From: Epithemia pelagica
Lineage: Eukaryota > Protista > Bacillariophyta
Assembly: GCA_946965045.2 (NCBI GenBank)
Contig: OX337241.1
Location: 558,001 to 622,000, forward strand
Direction: 5' to 3'
Length of the DNA stretch: 64,000 bases
Part shown: positions 12,002-24,743 of the stretch, one piece after another
How the letters are laid out: each line of letters opens with the position of its first letter
How positions within the stretch are numbered: the stretch's first letter is position 1
Made by a program: the position numbers and the translations under genes
The notes under the pieces: generated by a model
What the model was told of the DNA's origin: nothing
The model's database searches: none
Seen by the model: only the letters and a program-made list of their open reading frames with translations

Positions 12002-12250
12002 CACTTTTTGGCCGTTTTACACTTTTTGGCCGTTTTGCGCCTTTCGGCCGTTTTGCACTTTTTGGCCGTTTTGCGCCTTTCGGCCGTTTTGCGCCTTTCG
12101 GCCGTTTTGCGCCTTCCAGTACAAAATCCTACGTATTTTCTCGTAGCACCGGCCGTTTTGCGCCTTTTGGTCGTTTTGCGCCTTTTGGACGCTTTGCGCC
12201 TTTTGGCCGTTTTGCATTTTTCGGCCGTTTTGCATTTTTCGGCCGTTTTG
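12002..12250. repeat. 18-bp minisatellite (consensus ~GGCCGTTTTGCGCCTTTT/C) inside the PHIS element
   Basis: About 12 imperfect 18-bp units in two blocks separated by ~35 bp of unique sequence. Shadow ORFs show 6-aa periodicity. Confidence 0.9.
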
Positions 12251-12638
12251 TGATTTCCGTAGTTTTGCGATTTCTGTATTTCTGCGAATCAATCCTACTC
12301 GCTTAAGCCCATCTAAATTGTGGTCACTAATATGTAGCAGCATAGCATGGATCTGCTCGTCACCGTCACACTTACTCGTAAACCATTAGTTTACTCATCA
12401 CATAAAAAATTGTTACTATACCCCTAGTTATGCCTGCATGATTTAGTATTGACTTGCTGCCGGTTTTAAAGGTAGAAAGATTTAAGCCTATCAGTGATGT
12501 CTCACGAGTTCCCATGTGATACGTCTCCCTACCGCTCTGAATTTTGTTCCCGCATGGCACAGGTTGTGGGTTGTTGCTTCACAGGACTGAAGCCTGTTGT
12601 GGTTTTTCAAAAAGAAAATCTCGCCACAAAACCACATA

Positions 12639-13747
12639 ATGTCAGAAGTTGGAGCAGCACCAAAGTGGGGCAAACAAGACGACGCCAAACTAGCAGCGTT
12701 GTTCCGGAAGAAGTTGTCCAAGGGTGGAGTGTCACCACAGGACTTGGGAAGAGATAACATTGAAAAGGTGCGCCAAACTCACTTTCCTGAGCGTGCCTAC
12801 CGGAACTTTGCACCTCTGTTCCGCAGGAAAGCACGTGCCTTCAACGTGGAAAGCTCACTTGCTGGTGCAAGGAAAGCCCAAGGTACGTACTGATTCAATT
12901 GCGAATATCTTCTGCTGACCAGTTTCTAACTGGTTCTTGTAACTGTTCAACAACAATGGGTCGAAACAAAGAAGACGAACGCGAGGAAGTCGAAGAGGAG
13001 GCAGAGGAAGTTGACGAGGCTTCTGCAGGTGAAGAAGAAGAACTTGAAGTAGAAGAAGAACAGGCAGGTGGCGAGGCCCAGGACATTTCAGACCTCTTGG
13101 GAAAAATGAGTATTGGACGGGCATCCACCAAATCACCTTTTGGAATGGAAGTTGTCTTCCCTTACTTTCTCTACACGTATGAGGAAATGGACCAAATGCA
13201 TGTGAGTATCGATTTCCTTGTCTTTGGATTCAAGGAAAGTGCATTTCGTCCGCAGGTTGCTTCTGGTGGGCAAGAGTTGGAGCTCGGAACCATCATCCCT
13301 CCCATGTTCGTGCACCCTGATAGACTCTTCCAAGCAAATGAGGAAATCAACGACAACACACACAAGGCAACGGCCTACAAAATGATGGTGGATAGCATCC
13401 AGAAGAAGCATGGCGATGGCACGTCCGAACAGCGCCTATTTGGTGAACCACAGAGGGTCAAATTGCCGTTCACATGCGAGCAGGAGATCTCAATGTGGGA
13501 GGTTCAACACTTTCCTAACATTGACAGGGACTTTGACCCGATGACTGGTCATACACACATGGTCTCCATCTTGGCAATTGATCTTGTTGCCACGGAGAAG
13601 CGCGTCAGGAAGAGGAATGGTGGAGTTCGTGTCTTTGGCTCACCCTCTGGGATCCGCAACAACAACAATTATCGCAACAACAATAACAACGACAACTACA
13701 CCTATGATGATGATGACAACGCCACTATGGTGCGCGCTGATGAATGA
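12639..13747 (+). CDS. Second ORF of the PHIS element (putative DNA-binding partner); exons 12639-12882, 12972-13747 (339 aa)
   Basis: A GTACGT donor at 12883, CTAAC branch-like site and AAG acceptor at 12971 join ARKAQ to EDEREE in frame. Basic helical N-terminus (KWGKQDDAKLAALF...YRNFAPLFRRK), acidic linker and C-terminal domain. Lies within the TIRs. Confidence 0.7.
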
Positions 13748-15603
13748 ATGCTATTTGACCATGGCGAGGAACCACTCTGGCCTGATGGTGCATTCAATCA
13801 TAATCTTAGTTATTAATATATTTACCTAGTTTAGCAGTTTGTTTCCACATTGCGGATGTTAGCTAACATAGGATTGGGGATTTCCCAACTCTTGACCAGG
13901 CCCAAAACGCAATTTCGCGATGTTCCACTCTTTCAGCTACAGGGCACTAATCATATCATTCCTTGATTAAGACCGTCTTCGGAGCAGTACTATTCAAGCT
14001 TAGAAACCAAACGCAGAAAAGTCCTGCCCGAAGCCAAGAATCCCTATGTAATCTTCAGTGAGACAGAGGTAGTTATTGAATATCCTTTCCGTACGACTCA
14101 AGGTCTCTTCTCCCATAGATCCATCACTATAAGCCCCTAACTGAAGACCAACCGAAACTATCGTCAGTCCAACAAGTTTGCGAAAGTCAAAAGACGGCGC
14201 TTAGTTGGAGGCATGGGACAACGGGACCCAGCAGATGTCCTTTTCTTGTCTTTTTTCTTTTTTTATCCTGTGCGTCTCTCTTTCTTCAAGCTAGCAGCTA
14301 CTCTAGCCTCTAGCTGCAATAGTTCCGGATCTTCCGCTACTACGATGCTCACATGATGGGAGTCCTGCGAGAAGAAAAAAGTAAGAGACGCCGTCGCTCT
14401 TGCTTCATGATGTTTTAAGATGGGGACCCAAGAACCGAGGGATTCCTGATCATCCATCTAATTTGTCCAGGTTCAAGACTCAACGTTCGATTCTCACTTT
14501 TTCGTTGCGCTCGGTGTACTCAACATTTCCTCAAACGAATCGAGTTTAATCCCAAGCTACAGAGAACAAATAATACAGCACCAATACCTTATCATGAGAG
14601 TCCAAGTCCTCCTGTCATCAATAGTTGAAGAGTGGGGAATCGTCACTGTTTACCTTTTAGGTAGTTTCGTTTCTAGGCAACATGAATTTGAGCGGTCGGT
14701 AGTCCCGTCGCTAGTAATCCACAAGAAGGAAAGAAAGTAGCGACCGGCGCACCACACATTGGACGGGATTAGCGATCAACTCGCGTTCAAGGTTCAAAAA
14801 GATGATGTCTCGTCTCCAGCGACTCAAGGTAGATACATGGAGAATGTGCAACTGTAAATGGACACTGGATAAAACATGGAACAATGATGAATGATGAGTA
14901 GAGCAGAGACTTGAGACTGCAGCTTACCTCTAGATAGTTTATTCATGAGACATGTCGACATCTACTGCTAGAGTCTACTCGTAGAGATGATAGGAGACAG
15001 GAAAGAGCTCGCGACTCGCGACAACAATGGGTACGTTATGCAGAATGCTGATCGCATTGATCAAAAAAGGTATAGTCTATTATTTCAGCTGCCGCGGCAT
15101 CAGTGCCACGACTACGATCGCCGAAATAATAAAGATGATGCATGAAGCAGAACTCCTTGACCCTTGACATTACGAGTAGACATTGCACGAGGACTTGAGT
15201 CAATCAGTGAAACAGGCAGGGCAGTATCCATGTTGTTTCCCTACCGATTCCCTTACCTGTCAAGTACTCCCTACCTCCACAAACAATCTTAAACCCTAAC
15301 TCTAACTGCTTGAGAGTCATTGAAGACATAGAGTAGTAGCAGAAAGGTATGGTAGCCTCATGAAAGGCAACACTCTACCTATCAAGAAAAGTCTCGTTTC
15401 ACAATGTCCACGAAGAATTTTTTGTAGCACACAGTCTCCAGTGGTCATCCAAGAGAACAACGAAACGGACTGTCGTTGGTGGCAAGCCCTATTAGCGACG
15501 ACTACCAACTAGTCTAGAGCAATGACATGTGCATCCAATACAATTCCTAGCTAGAACAATGATTACTCCTTGGACGACGACGACGATGACATGGATGGAA
15601 CTC

Positions 15604-17157
15604 CTACCATCCAAAGAATTTGCGTCGGTTGCGACGATGCTGTTGGTCGCGGCGATTCTCCACCGCCTGTGGTTGTTGTGGTTGTTGTGTCGTCGTGGTT
15701 CGTTCCAGCACCAACGGATGCGTGCACTGCGCCAATTGACGCAATCGTGCCAATTCGTGTTGCACCACGGCAATCTTTTGGACATTCTCCGCCGTATCGG
15801 GACGCAATTCAAAGGTGCGATCGGACGTGGATATATCATCGTGATACAAGGGACGTTCAAAAGCCACCACACCTGAATTCAGGCCGTCGCTCAACCGCGT
15901 GGCAGCAGCCGCAGTATCGTCGTCGTCGTCATCGTCGGTGTGGACGGCCAAGCCTCCCCCAACTGTATCTTGGATCCACATGCGGGACGTGAGTTGTCCT
16001 CCCATGATCCAATCGGGCAAGGTGGCCGTCCCAATCAAGGTATGGTCGTCCAGGATTTCGATATCTTCCAGGGCCAATAAATTGTCCATGATATGTTCCA
16101 ACACGACATTGGAATTTCGTAAGGCTCCTCGAAACATGCGTTCCATGCGAATCATGGTCACCTTGCCATTTTTGGAGTCTTGCTTTTTGTACGACAAGCG
16201 CTGACTGGTGGTGGCCTGTAATTCGTCCAGAATGCGAGGCAACGAGTCGGGACCCTCCAACAGCGAGACAAAGGTACCATTGATCCACACTTGCACGACT
16301 GGCAATGGACCCTCCTCCTTGTCTTGTTGTTGTTCTTGCAGAACTTGCACTTCTTTTTCCAACAATTCGACAATCATATCCGTGGTGGTAACGTCTCGCA
16401 AGGTGGATCGTCGCATCACGGGTGGTCGTTGTTGTTTCAATTCGGTCCAGTCGACTTGCACATGGGAGGGACCCACGCGACGAATCCGGTGAATATCCGA
16501 AACGTGGCGAAAGGGCCAGTGTTTGGCAAAGGCCCATCGATTGTGCGCTTCCACCAAGGCATGACGCATGCGTGGCGTAAGCACTGCATCGAGACTGGTG
16601 TTGTCGTCGTCCTGGTTGGTGGCAAGAGGAATGGTACGACCGTGATCCGGACTGAGTTGGACATACGTGACATGCGAGGTACCACCCAGACCCCATTGCA
16701 ATCCAGAAGGCAACATTTTTTCTCCCGTCCGTTTGTCGCGAAAGGTGGAATGAACGGTAAAGACTGGATCGTCCTCCTCCTCGTTCTTGTTGTTGGTGGT
16801 GCCATTGTCCGGACCGCAGTGGATCAAGCGAGACATGTCTTGGACCGGTGGGGAGACAGGGTGGGACGCGGGTTCCTGTTCTGGAGACGACGACGATAGT
16901 TGAATCAAGGGGGGTGGTACAAAATCGTCGGTGGTTGTGGTTGTGCCATTCTCGTTGCTCGAGTCAAACGTGTCGTCGTCCTCCTCCTCGAGCGTCGTTG
17001 GAGAGCTGGCTGGTTTGTCGGACGGCCAACTCACGGTGGAGCGCCATAGCAGCGATTGGGATTCCAGGGTCGATTCCATCCTAGTCTTGTTGTGGTTGTT
17101 GAAACTCGTAGTGGTAGTCGTAGGAACAAAAAGGCGACAATGAGAAAACACTGGCAC
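15604..17157 (-). CDS. Hypothetical protein (5' end uncertain, possibly an upstream exon near 17284-17325)
   Basis: 517-aa ORF with poly-T/Q/D tracts and globular segments. The frame stays open upstream of the GTG used by the ORF track, and no family was recognised. Confidence 0.65.
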   Translation of the reverse strand: MPVFSHCRLFVPTTTTTSFNNHNKTRMESTLESQSLLWRSTVSWPSDKPASSPTTLEEEDDDTFDSSNENGTTTTTDDFVPPPLIQLSSSSPEQEPASHPVSPPVQDMSRLIHCGPDNGTTNNKNEEEDDPVFTVHSTFRDKRTGEKMLPSGLQWGLGGTSHVTYVQLSPDHGRTIPLATNQDDDNTSLDAVLTPRMRHALVEAHNRWAFAKHWPFRHVSDIHRIRRVGPSHVQVDWTELKQQRPPVMRRSTLRDVTTTDMIVELLEKEVQVLQEQQQDKEEGPLPVVQVWINGTFVSLLEGPDSLPRILDELQATTSQRLSYKKQDSKNGKVTMIRMERMFRGALRNSNVVLEHIMDNLLALEDIEILDDHTLIGTATLPDWIMGGQLTSRMWIQDTVGGGLAVHTDDDDDDDTAAAATRLSDGLNSGVVAFERPLYHDDISTSDRTFELRPDTAENVQKIAVVQHELARLRQLAQCTHPLVLERTTTTQQPQQPQAVENRRDQQHRRNRRKFFGW

Positions 17158-18147
17158 ACCAACGCGAGTCGATAGAAAGCGTCGGGTAAGGGTTCGAATG
17201 GTTGTGGGAGAAATACTATTGCTTCTTTGGCAAAGACTGGATATTCACACACACATCTAGTTGTGGTTCCACCCAACCCAATTTTGTGTCACCTTGTCAG
17301 CAATTCCAGGAGAACAATGGAACGGATTCTCATGATGATTCCTGAACCGCCTTTTTGTCTTGTGTGTGGAGTACGTTTGGTCGAGTACGTACATGATGAG
17401 AGACAGCAGAGTGAACATGTACGATGGATCAGTGTCGGATCGGCGACCGTCTCCATGGTCGGAGGATTTTCAGGATCGGCATCGTGGTCGTTCCAAGTTT
17501 CAGACGTATGGATGGCAGTCGCTGTTGAGGTCAGACCGTCACCCGGTGCCGGTTCCAAACGTCAAGCGGGCGATGCACGGACTGTCTACGGAACACTGCA
17601 TTCGCATTTAACTACCCAGAGCTCGTAGCATTTTAAAATCCAATTCAACTTTATTGTCCTCATCCTTCGGGTTGATGAGAAGTACTGCAAAAATCCGAAC
17701 ACGAGCCACACCCCGAGAACTTTTTGCGCTGAAACGAAACGAATCATTGCGAAAAGTTTAGCTACTCTCAAGAGTCCAAAGTTTCAATCATGAGTTAATA
17801 TCTCATTACTTACGTTGTGTTATTTGTCATGGGACTGAGCAGAGCGTTCGGTTGTCCTAAGTTGGAAGTGCCACGGTCTGAGTCAGCCCAATGCTACGTC
17901 ATCCTTTCGTTCGCAGATGTCGGTGCGTTCGAATTGTTCCACCACCACATGCGCCACACGAACGAACACACACAAGACAAGATTGCATCGTGTCGGTCAT
18001 TCAGAAGAAACGACGTAGAGCTCTCCGCTTTACCAGGTTGCCCCGAAGAAACCACACCAGCCGACACAAAGACATCAGACACGTTCATAAAGAAGAATGA
18101 TGGCAAGCCATCAACAACCACACCGAAAATCTCCCTCCACCACCACC

Positions 18148-19784
18148 ATGACGATGACAATGATCCCGACTCGTTGGACCATGGCCGCACTCTTCTTGTT
18201 GGCCGCTTCGTCGACGATGACGACGAGAACCAATGCGTTCTCATTCCACGTCACGCCAAGAACGACGACAAGAACAACCAACCCATCCATTGGTTCTTCG
18301 TTGAGCAGTACGGCGGTGGATGTCACCTTGGACGATAAGGTCTTGGTTCCGGGCAGTACCACGGTCGACGAGGCGGTGGGAGGAACCTTGGGACCGTCCT
18401 TGACAGAACCCGAAGTCCGCGCCTTGTTTCAATTGTGGAACGATGCCTTGGCCACGGGCGATTCCCGCATTGTGGCCAAACGATATTCGTCCGATCCCAT
18501 GTTGCTTCCCACGGTATCGGACCTTCCACGCACCGATTACGACGGCATTAAGGATTATTTTGACACCTTTTTGCAATTGGAACCGCAGGGGACCATTTTG
18601 CAGGGCAAGGTTCGGATTGGCAATGGATGGGCGCAAGATGCTGGTATTTATGAATTTACCATGCGAGCGACCGGTGCCAAGGTCAAGGCACGATATTCCT
18701 TTGTCTACATTTACGAAAATGGACAATGGAAAATTTCCCATCATCATTCCTCCACCATGCCCGAAGGCAAGGTCGAAATGGAGCAAAGTCAAGTGCGCAA
18801 CTTGTTTCATCTCTGGAACGATGCCTTGGATACCTGTAAGTGCGCGCGCATCGTTTTTTTATTCTTGCGCGAAATGCACAGGAAACTAATGGTTGTTCCT
18901 GGTTCTCACGTTGGTTGATTGTCTTTTGATTTTGTTCTCTCTCTCATGGCTCGTGGTTCGATTGCTGTGAAATGTCGTCTTTTTCATTTCCTAGTGGATT
19001 CGGAATTGGTGGCGAGTCGCTACGCCAAGAATGCCGTCCTCCTTCCGACCGTGTCCGATGTCCCTCGCACCGATCATGAAGGGATTAAGGATTACTTTGA
19101 CAACTTTTTGCAATTGAAACCCCAAGGTGTCATTTTGGAAAGCTTTGTCACGATTGGCGATGATTGGTGCAAGGATGTGGGCATTTATGAATTTACCATG
19201 GGCACCACGGGGGACAAGGTCAAGGCTCGCTACTCCTTTGTCTATGTCAAGGAAGATGGACAATGGAAAATCTCACACCATCATTCTTCCGCCATGCCGG
19301 AAGGGGGCAAACCCAAACTCACCGAAGCTGAAGTCAAGGATCTCTTTTACTTGTGGAATGATGCCCTGGCGACCTGTAAGTCATGTGTGTGGTTGTTCTT
19401 GTTGTGTGATTGTTTCCAATAGTCACTCATTGATATAATATATTGTGTGCTTTCCCAACAGTGGACAGCGAAACGGTAGCTCGTCGCTATGCGAAAAAGG
19501 CCGTCTTGTTGCCCACCGTGTCGGATACTCCCCGAACCGATCATGACAGTATCAAGGAATACTTTGACAACTTTTTGAAAAACAAGCCTCAAGGAACCAT
19601 TCTGGAATCCTATGCCCAAGTGGGCAATGGTTGGTGCAAGGATGTGGGCGTTTACGAATTTGATATGCGTGAAACGGGAGACAAGGTCAAGGGACGGTAC
19701 TCCTTTGTTTACACCTTTGAAGATGGGGAATGGAAAATCTCACATCATCATTCTTCCGTCATGCCAGAAGCGTACTTGTCGTAG
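18148..19784 (+). CDS. Iota-class carbonic anhydrase (LCIP63/COG4875-like), 3 CaMKII-AD/SnoaL-like domains, plastid-type presequence; exons 18148-18835, 18995-19375, 19462-19784
   Basis: Three repeats of LFxLWNDAL...LLPTVSD.PR...DYFD.FL...YEF...W.ISHHHSS. Two GTAAGT...AG phase-1 introns restore the frame (1392 nt total). Signal peptide ends TNA-F. An alternative ATG exists at 18097. Confidence 0.85.
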
Positions 19785-21060
19785 ACCAAAGACCACCACG
19801 ACGATGACGCTCTCGCAAATGTCACGGTCGGATGCGGATTTGTGGCGCAACGACTACAGAGGGAACTTCATTTTTATTTCTGGCGGCAAGGCGGAACGAT
19901 TTACAACCATGATCACCACCAAAGCCACGCCCTTGCGCACCACATTCATTTCGAGCTATATATCACGTGTTATACTAATTCATCCTGTATGTTGTCTACC
20001 TCGTTTTCAATCTCTCGCGCGCAACTTGAACATCATGCACCAGGAGACTGTGAACAAGTCTTTTGCTTGTACACCTCGACAATGGCTCATCGCAACATGA
20101 AGGGTATTTCGTAACGTTTATTTCGCGAGAGGAGTATCTGACTAGTAGAAACCTTAAGCGGAAACCAATGTCGTCGTCTGCAACTGTACGTGTTTGGCTT
20201 TGGATGGTTCTACAAGCTTGGGTGGTTCCATTTCAAACACGGACCGAATGGCTAGGCTCTCTCTCCGAAAACTGGGTTTTGCAGTGTACACTGTCAACGG
20301 AATCATCCGTCAAGCAGCATCTTCCTGTCGTTCTTGAGGCAGCTCGTCCATGGCAAGAGCAATGACATTCCCTTTTGTGTACCAAAGGCATGCAGACTAC
20401 GCACCAGGTACAAATCCAAAGAAATCTCGTGCAGTTGACAATGTGAGCTTTTATCCCAGCTGGCGACTCTTTGCAACTGGAATATGGAAGTAGGGTCCTG
20501 ACACAAGGTACAAAGCCTGAAGAGACGACTTTCTTGTGCAGACCCCAAGCGGCTTCGTCGACATGACATTCCACGAAGCTCATCTTTGTGATTCCATCCT
20601 ATTTACTTTTCCAGCAAGAGAAACTATATCGAAGCAGCATCTTCCTCAAATCTTTTCTTCCAATTTCTTGTCCATCGCCACACATCCAATCTTTGGAAAC
20701 GACTAAACTCTTGATTTGATTTGGGTGTGCTTTTCTGCTGCATAGGCCATGAAAAACTCCAACAAGGATCAAATCCAAGTGGAGTGTAGATGGATAACTT
20801 TCTCGATACAAAGCCGCTTGCTGATTGATCTGAGGTGTCAGTCAATGCCTTTGTCTATAAGCGGTACTAGTCTTGGGACTGGGAAGCATTGTCACGGCAA
20901 ACTCTATGGGAAACCTCAAGTCACTTCCATTAGTCGAGGCACGTCTGAACCACAAGACAAATTTGAACTTCCCCCATTGCTGCCATCTATCCTGGCCATC
21001 GGACCCTCGAATCAGGTACTGGCGCTTGGTTCTCAACACAACGGCTTAGAGGCATACCAT

Positions 21061-21260
21061 AACAATGATGAACAGTGAGCAATGCCAGCGAAACCACTTC
21101 GTGGTATGAAGTTCGCAGTGTCAGCGAAACCACTTCGTGGCATGCCCGAACAATGATAAAGTGCGCAGTGCCAACGCGACCGCTTTGTGGTATGCCCGAA
21201 CAATGATAAAGTGCACAGTGCCAACGAGACCGCTTTGTATGCCCAAAGTGAGCAATGCCT
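21061..21260. repeat. ~50-bp imperfect minisatellite, ~4 units
   Basis: CAGTGCCAACG..ACC.CTT.GTGG.ATGCCCGAACAATGATAAAGTG repeated, with deletions in the outer units. Confidence 0.85.
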
Positions 21261-23710
21261 GAAATCGTTTTGAGGATTAAATTCTCATGTCATTGTCGTC
21301 GGCACCCTTGTCATATACCGTTCTTGATAACAACCAGCTGTCGAGCTCTGAACGGTGAACGACATGGCAAGTTCGGATGAACCAGACTGTGGTTGCATCC
21401 GCAACCCCCTCCCTTCAGTAGGATTTTTTGTTTTTGCTACTGCTGCATAGCCTTGTTCGTTAAGCCAAGGCTCCATGACACGGTATTGAAGAAACCGCAC
21501 TTGATTATCCTCTTGTCGGTCTGCAACGTATTGAAGCCAATATTGTTGATGAAACAAAGGGCAACTCTCGATTATGTGCCTCCTGGTATGATATTGCGCG
21601 AACCATTCACATAGAGAGAGCGAGAATCCTGGAGAATGAGGATCTTTCTCTCTCCCGACATCTTGATGCTCATGCCTATCAGGAGCTAGGAAACGTGCAT
21701 TGGTGAGAAAGGAAGCCAATGCGCAGTCGGAGGGGATACAAAACAGTAACCATCAAACAACAACTCGAACAAGCAACGAGCACAACTGATCTTCCTTGAG
21801 TTCATCTCGGATATCAAAGAAATTCGAACGCAATGAAAGCTGTGTCGTGATTCCTTCCTTCCAAAGGGGCTTGTGCATGATATTTTGGTACATTGCGCGG
21901 GTACATGGCAGTTTTTTTGGCTAGGTAAGACCATGGACGTGCTATGCCATGGTCTTTGCTCTTTCGGAACGAATAACGGAGTGTGGAGTGCCATGTCCCG
22001 AAAAGACTTTGATGCGTTGTGGCTCAACATTCCATCCTTTCCTTTCCTTTCCTTTCCTTTTCTCCTCTCCTTGATTCTAGAACGTCCAGACCAATACATT
22101 TTTTCCATTGGATAGATCCATGTACAACAACGTTCTCTCATTTCGCGCACCCTATTATTACAGGACAGGTGAAATGATCCGGTACATTCTCATGACCTAA
22201 CACCACAGAAATTCCAGCGACTTGGACGTTCTTGTGGTTCCAAATTTCGACGTCACCCAGTTCTCCGATGACTTTGATGCGTCGTGCCTCAAAGTTTCCT
22301 GGCATTCCAACATTCGTGTCCTTTTCTTGTCTCCTTGACTCCAGATCCATACCAACACATCTTTTTCCATTGGATTTCACCCTTTTGCAGGACACGTGAA
22401 ATGATCCATTACAGTCTGATGACTTGAGATGGAAATTTCCGAACCACCCAGTTCTCCGGGGAACGGTTGACGAATTGCCTCATTGTCACGTCGCTCGCTA
22501 GGAGAACATGAATCACACCATGACAAAGTCTCTGCAGTGTACCACACAGATATTGCACCTTTCGTTCCACCTCCAGAAGCAACCTCCTTCGGCACGGCAA
22601 ACAGGCGATCCTTATGAAAGCGGACGATGGTGGACGGAAGATAGGCAACGCGAGAACTTGGAGTTGCGTCACCCCGTGGCATGTGCCAATGAACAAGTGA
22701 ATTAGGACAATCCTTGCAGGTCCGACAAAGGTTTCGACATCCGTGTAGGCCTTAGATTTGGGGTTTATACAAACTACGAACGATGAGCCCTTCACACCTT
22801 CACAGCATCTTTGGGAAAACATTCAACAATATGTGTCATCTGTGTTGCATCTCAATGGTATTCTCAAGTATTCTCTTTGCAGCTCGCGGTTTCCGCCATT
22901 GTCAAATCACAAATCAGCAAAAGTCGCCAACAGAAAATCTAAGAGTGTGATGCCATTCAAATTTCAAATGCAATGTGACACAACAGCGACCCGATCGCGC
23001 TTAGGACGCTTGAGAACCGTCTCCCAACACGAGAAATCAGAAATCAGTCAAATGAGGAATGAGCATGATGAGGATCTGTTGTCGAACACATGTGCTCAAG
23101 TGTCAGAGAGGAATGGAATTCAAACAATAGGAGAACAATGATCTCCAATGAATGGTCTTTCCTGGTGGCTCTGATGCTACATTCACCAACATGGCCCACG
23201 AGCGAACGTGCACAGACAACCGAATTGGTTGATTCGCGGCGACACGTGTGTTCCTTGCATGAGCACATCACATTCAGGTTCGTAAAGGCAAAACAATAGA
23301 TCCAAGATCGGGCAGGCGAAGTAAGGATCCAGGGGTTGGTCAAAGACGGCCGAATTGTTGGACTGTCGTTGTGGGAAATTCAGTCACGTCGAAGACGTCA
23401 CGATAGAGGGAGATTGGAAGGGAGATTCTCTTGCGGATCGACATTATTTGAGTGATGTGCCACTCGCAACCAGATCAAGGTTAAATAGAATGTTAGACAT
23501 GGTTGAAGAGGAGCTATGAAAGAAGGTAGAGTGTTCTCAGGCACTAAGGAAATTGCAGCTGCGTCGTGCATGACGCGACGATACAGGGACTTTGTATAGC
23601 TTCCTACGCAAACACTCACGTTCAACTGAAGTAGTGGAAAGAGCAGATGGTGAAAAAATGTAAAACTAAATCATTGATAGTACGTCACATGGACGACGAA
23701 TAGGGACAGT

Positions 23711-24743
23711 TTAGGCAGAGACTTGTCCAGTGGTGCGTCGGGTGATGAAGCGAGTGAGACGTCGGGAGAGGAGCAATTCTTCGTCTTCTTGGCGGATGAA
23801 CCATTCACGGAACTTGTTGTTCGAGAAGGATCCGATACCAAAGGCCGGCAAGATTCGAAGACTTCGGGCAAAGGACACTGTGGGCATTTCCTTCCGCAAG
23901 GTGGCCATTCGTTCGGCCGTTGTCGCCGTGCGGTTGCCGTAGTAGTCCATGGCATAAATGTGGAGTGGGGCAGTGATCACTTGTGTTACCATGGGAATCG
24001 CCAAGGCCATGGACAAGGCCGCCGTGTTGCGTTCGACACCATGTTCTTTGGTAAGGTAGTCTGCTGCACGAGGTGCCAAGTAGAAAGTGGAGTACATTGT
24101 GGCAGCATCACGAGCAGCAAACAAACCAATGGTGCGCAACGGAGTGGATGGCTTGGGTCCAGAGCCTTGTTTGCTCAATTCACGGGCAAACACAGAGTCA
24201 CGCCAGGCCAAAAGAGAAATGTTGGCCACAGAGGCGGCAGCGACCTTGTATTGTTTGCGTGTCTCGTCACCATGGACACGACGGGCGTCCATGGCAGCTT
24301 CCGAAAGATTGGCGACCGCATAGGTACCAAAGTAAACAGTGAAGGTCAAACGGAACGCGAGCGATTTCATAAAGGCAGCAGGTGTGCTGTACAACAACGC
24401 AAGCAAACCAATGAGAACGGAACGTTTCAAATCAAACAAGATTCGTCCATTTCGACGAGCATCTGACTTACAAAATCATTTCTTTCGTGGCATTTCCAAT
24501 TGCCTTCATGAATTGTGCCGATCCAGAAATGTCTTGGACAATGCACTTATCGATGATACTGACCAAAGGAGACACCAAAAACGAAGCGGCAAAAGCACAT
24601 CCAACTTCCTTGGGGATACGATCCTTCATCTTCTCGACAAAGTGATGATGCTCTTCCGTGGCATCACTGAAAAGCCAATCGGCAGCCCAGGAGAGCTGGC
24701 CATTGTTATCGTTTTTCTTGACAGCACTTTGCTTGATATCCAT
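23711..24743 (-). CDS. Uncharacterised mitochondrial-carrier-like membrane protein; exons 24743-24472, 24386-23711 (315 aa)
   Basis: An 85-bp GTAAGT...ACAG intron joins EMIF to TPAAF in frame. Hydrophobic helices with carrier-like Pro motifs (SPLVSIIDK, APLHIYAMD, RILPAFGIG). Confidence 0.7.

Larger units (their letters stand above)
10340..13926. mobile_element. PHIS (PIF/Harbinger-related) DNA transposon, apparently complete, 3587 bp
   Basis: TIRs GGAACATCGCGAAATTGCCTTTTGCGCCTG (10340-10369) and the reverse complement of 13897-13926 match at 28/30. ACT lies directly outside both ends (10337-10339, 13927-13929). Contains a DDE transposase plus a second divergent ORF. Confidence 0.88.

Noticed and set aside
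15291-15306. AAACCCTAAC telomere-like motif
   Set aside because: A single unit, expected by chance.
22140-22420. VPDHFTCP as a U-box start
   Set aside because: Only the first few residues resemble a U-box; stops follow immediately and the rest of the domain is absent.
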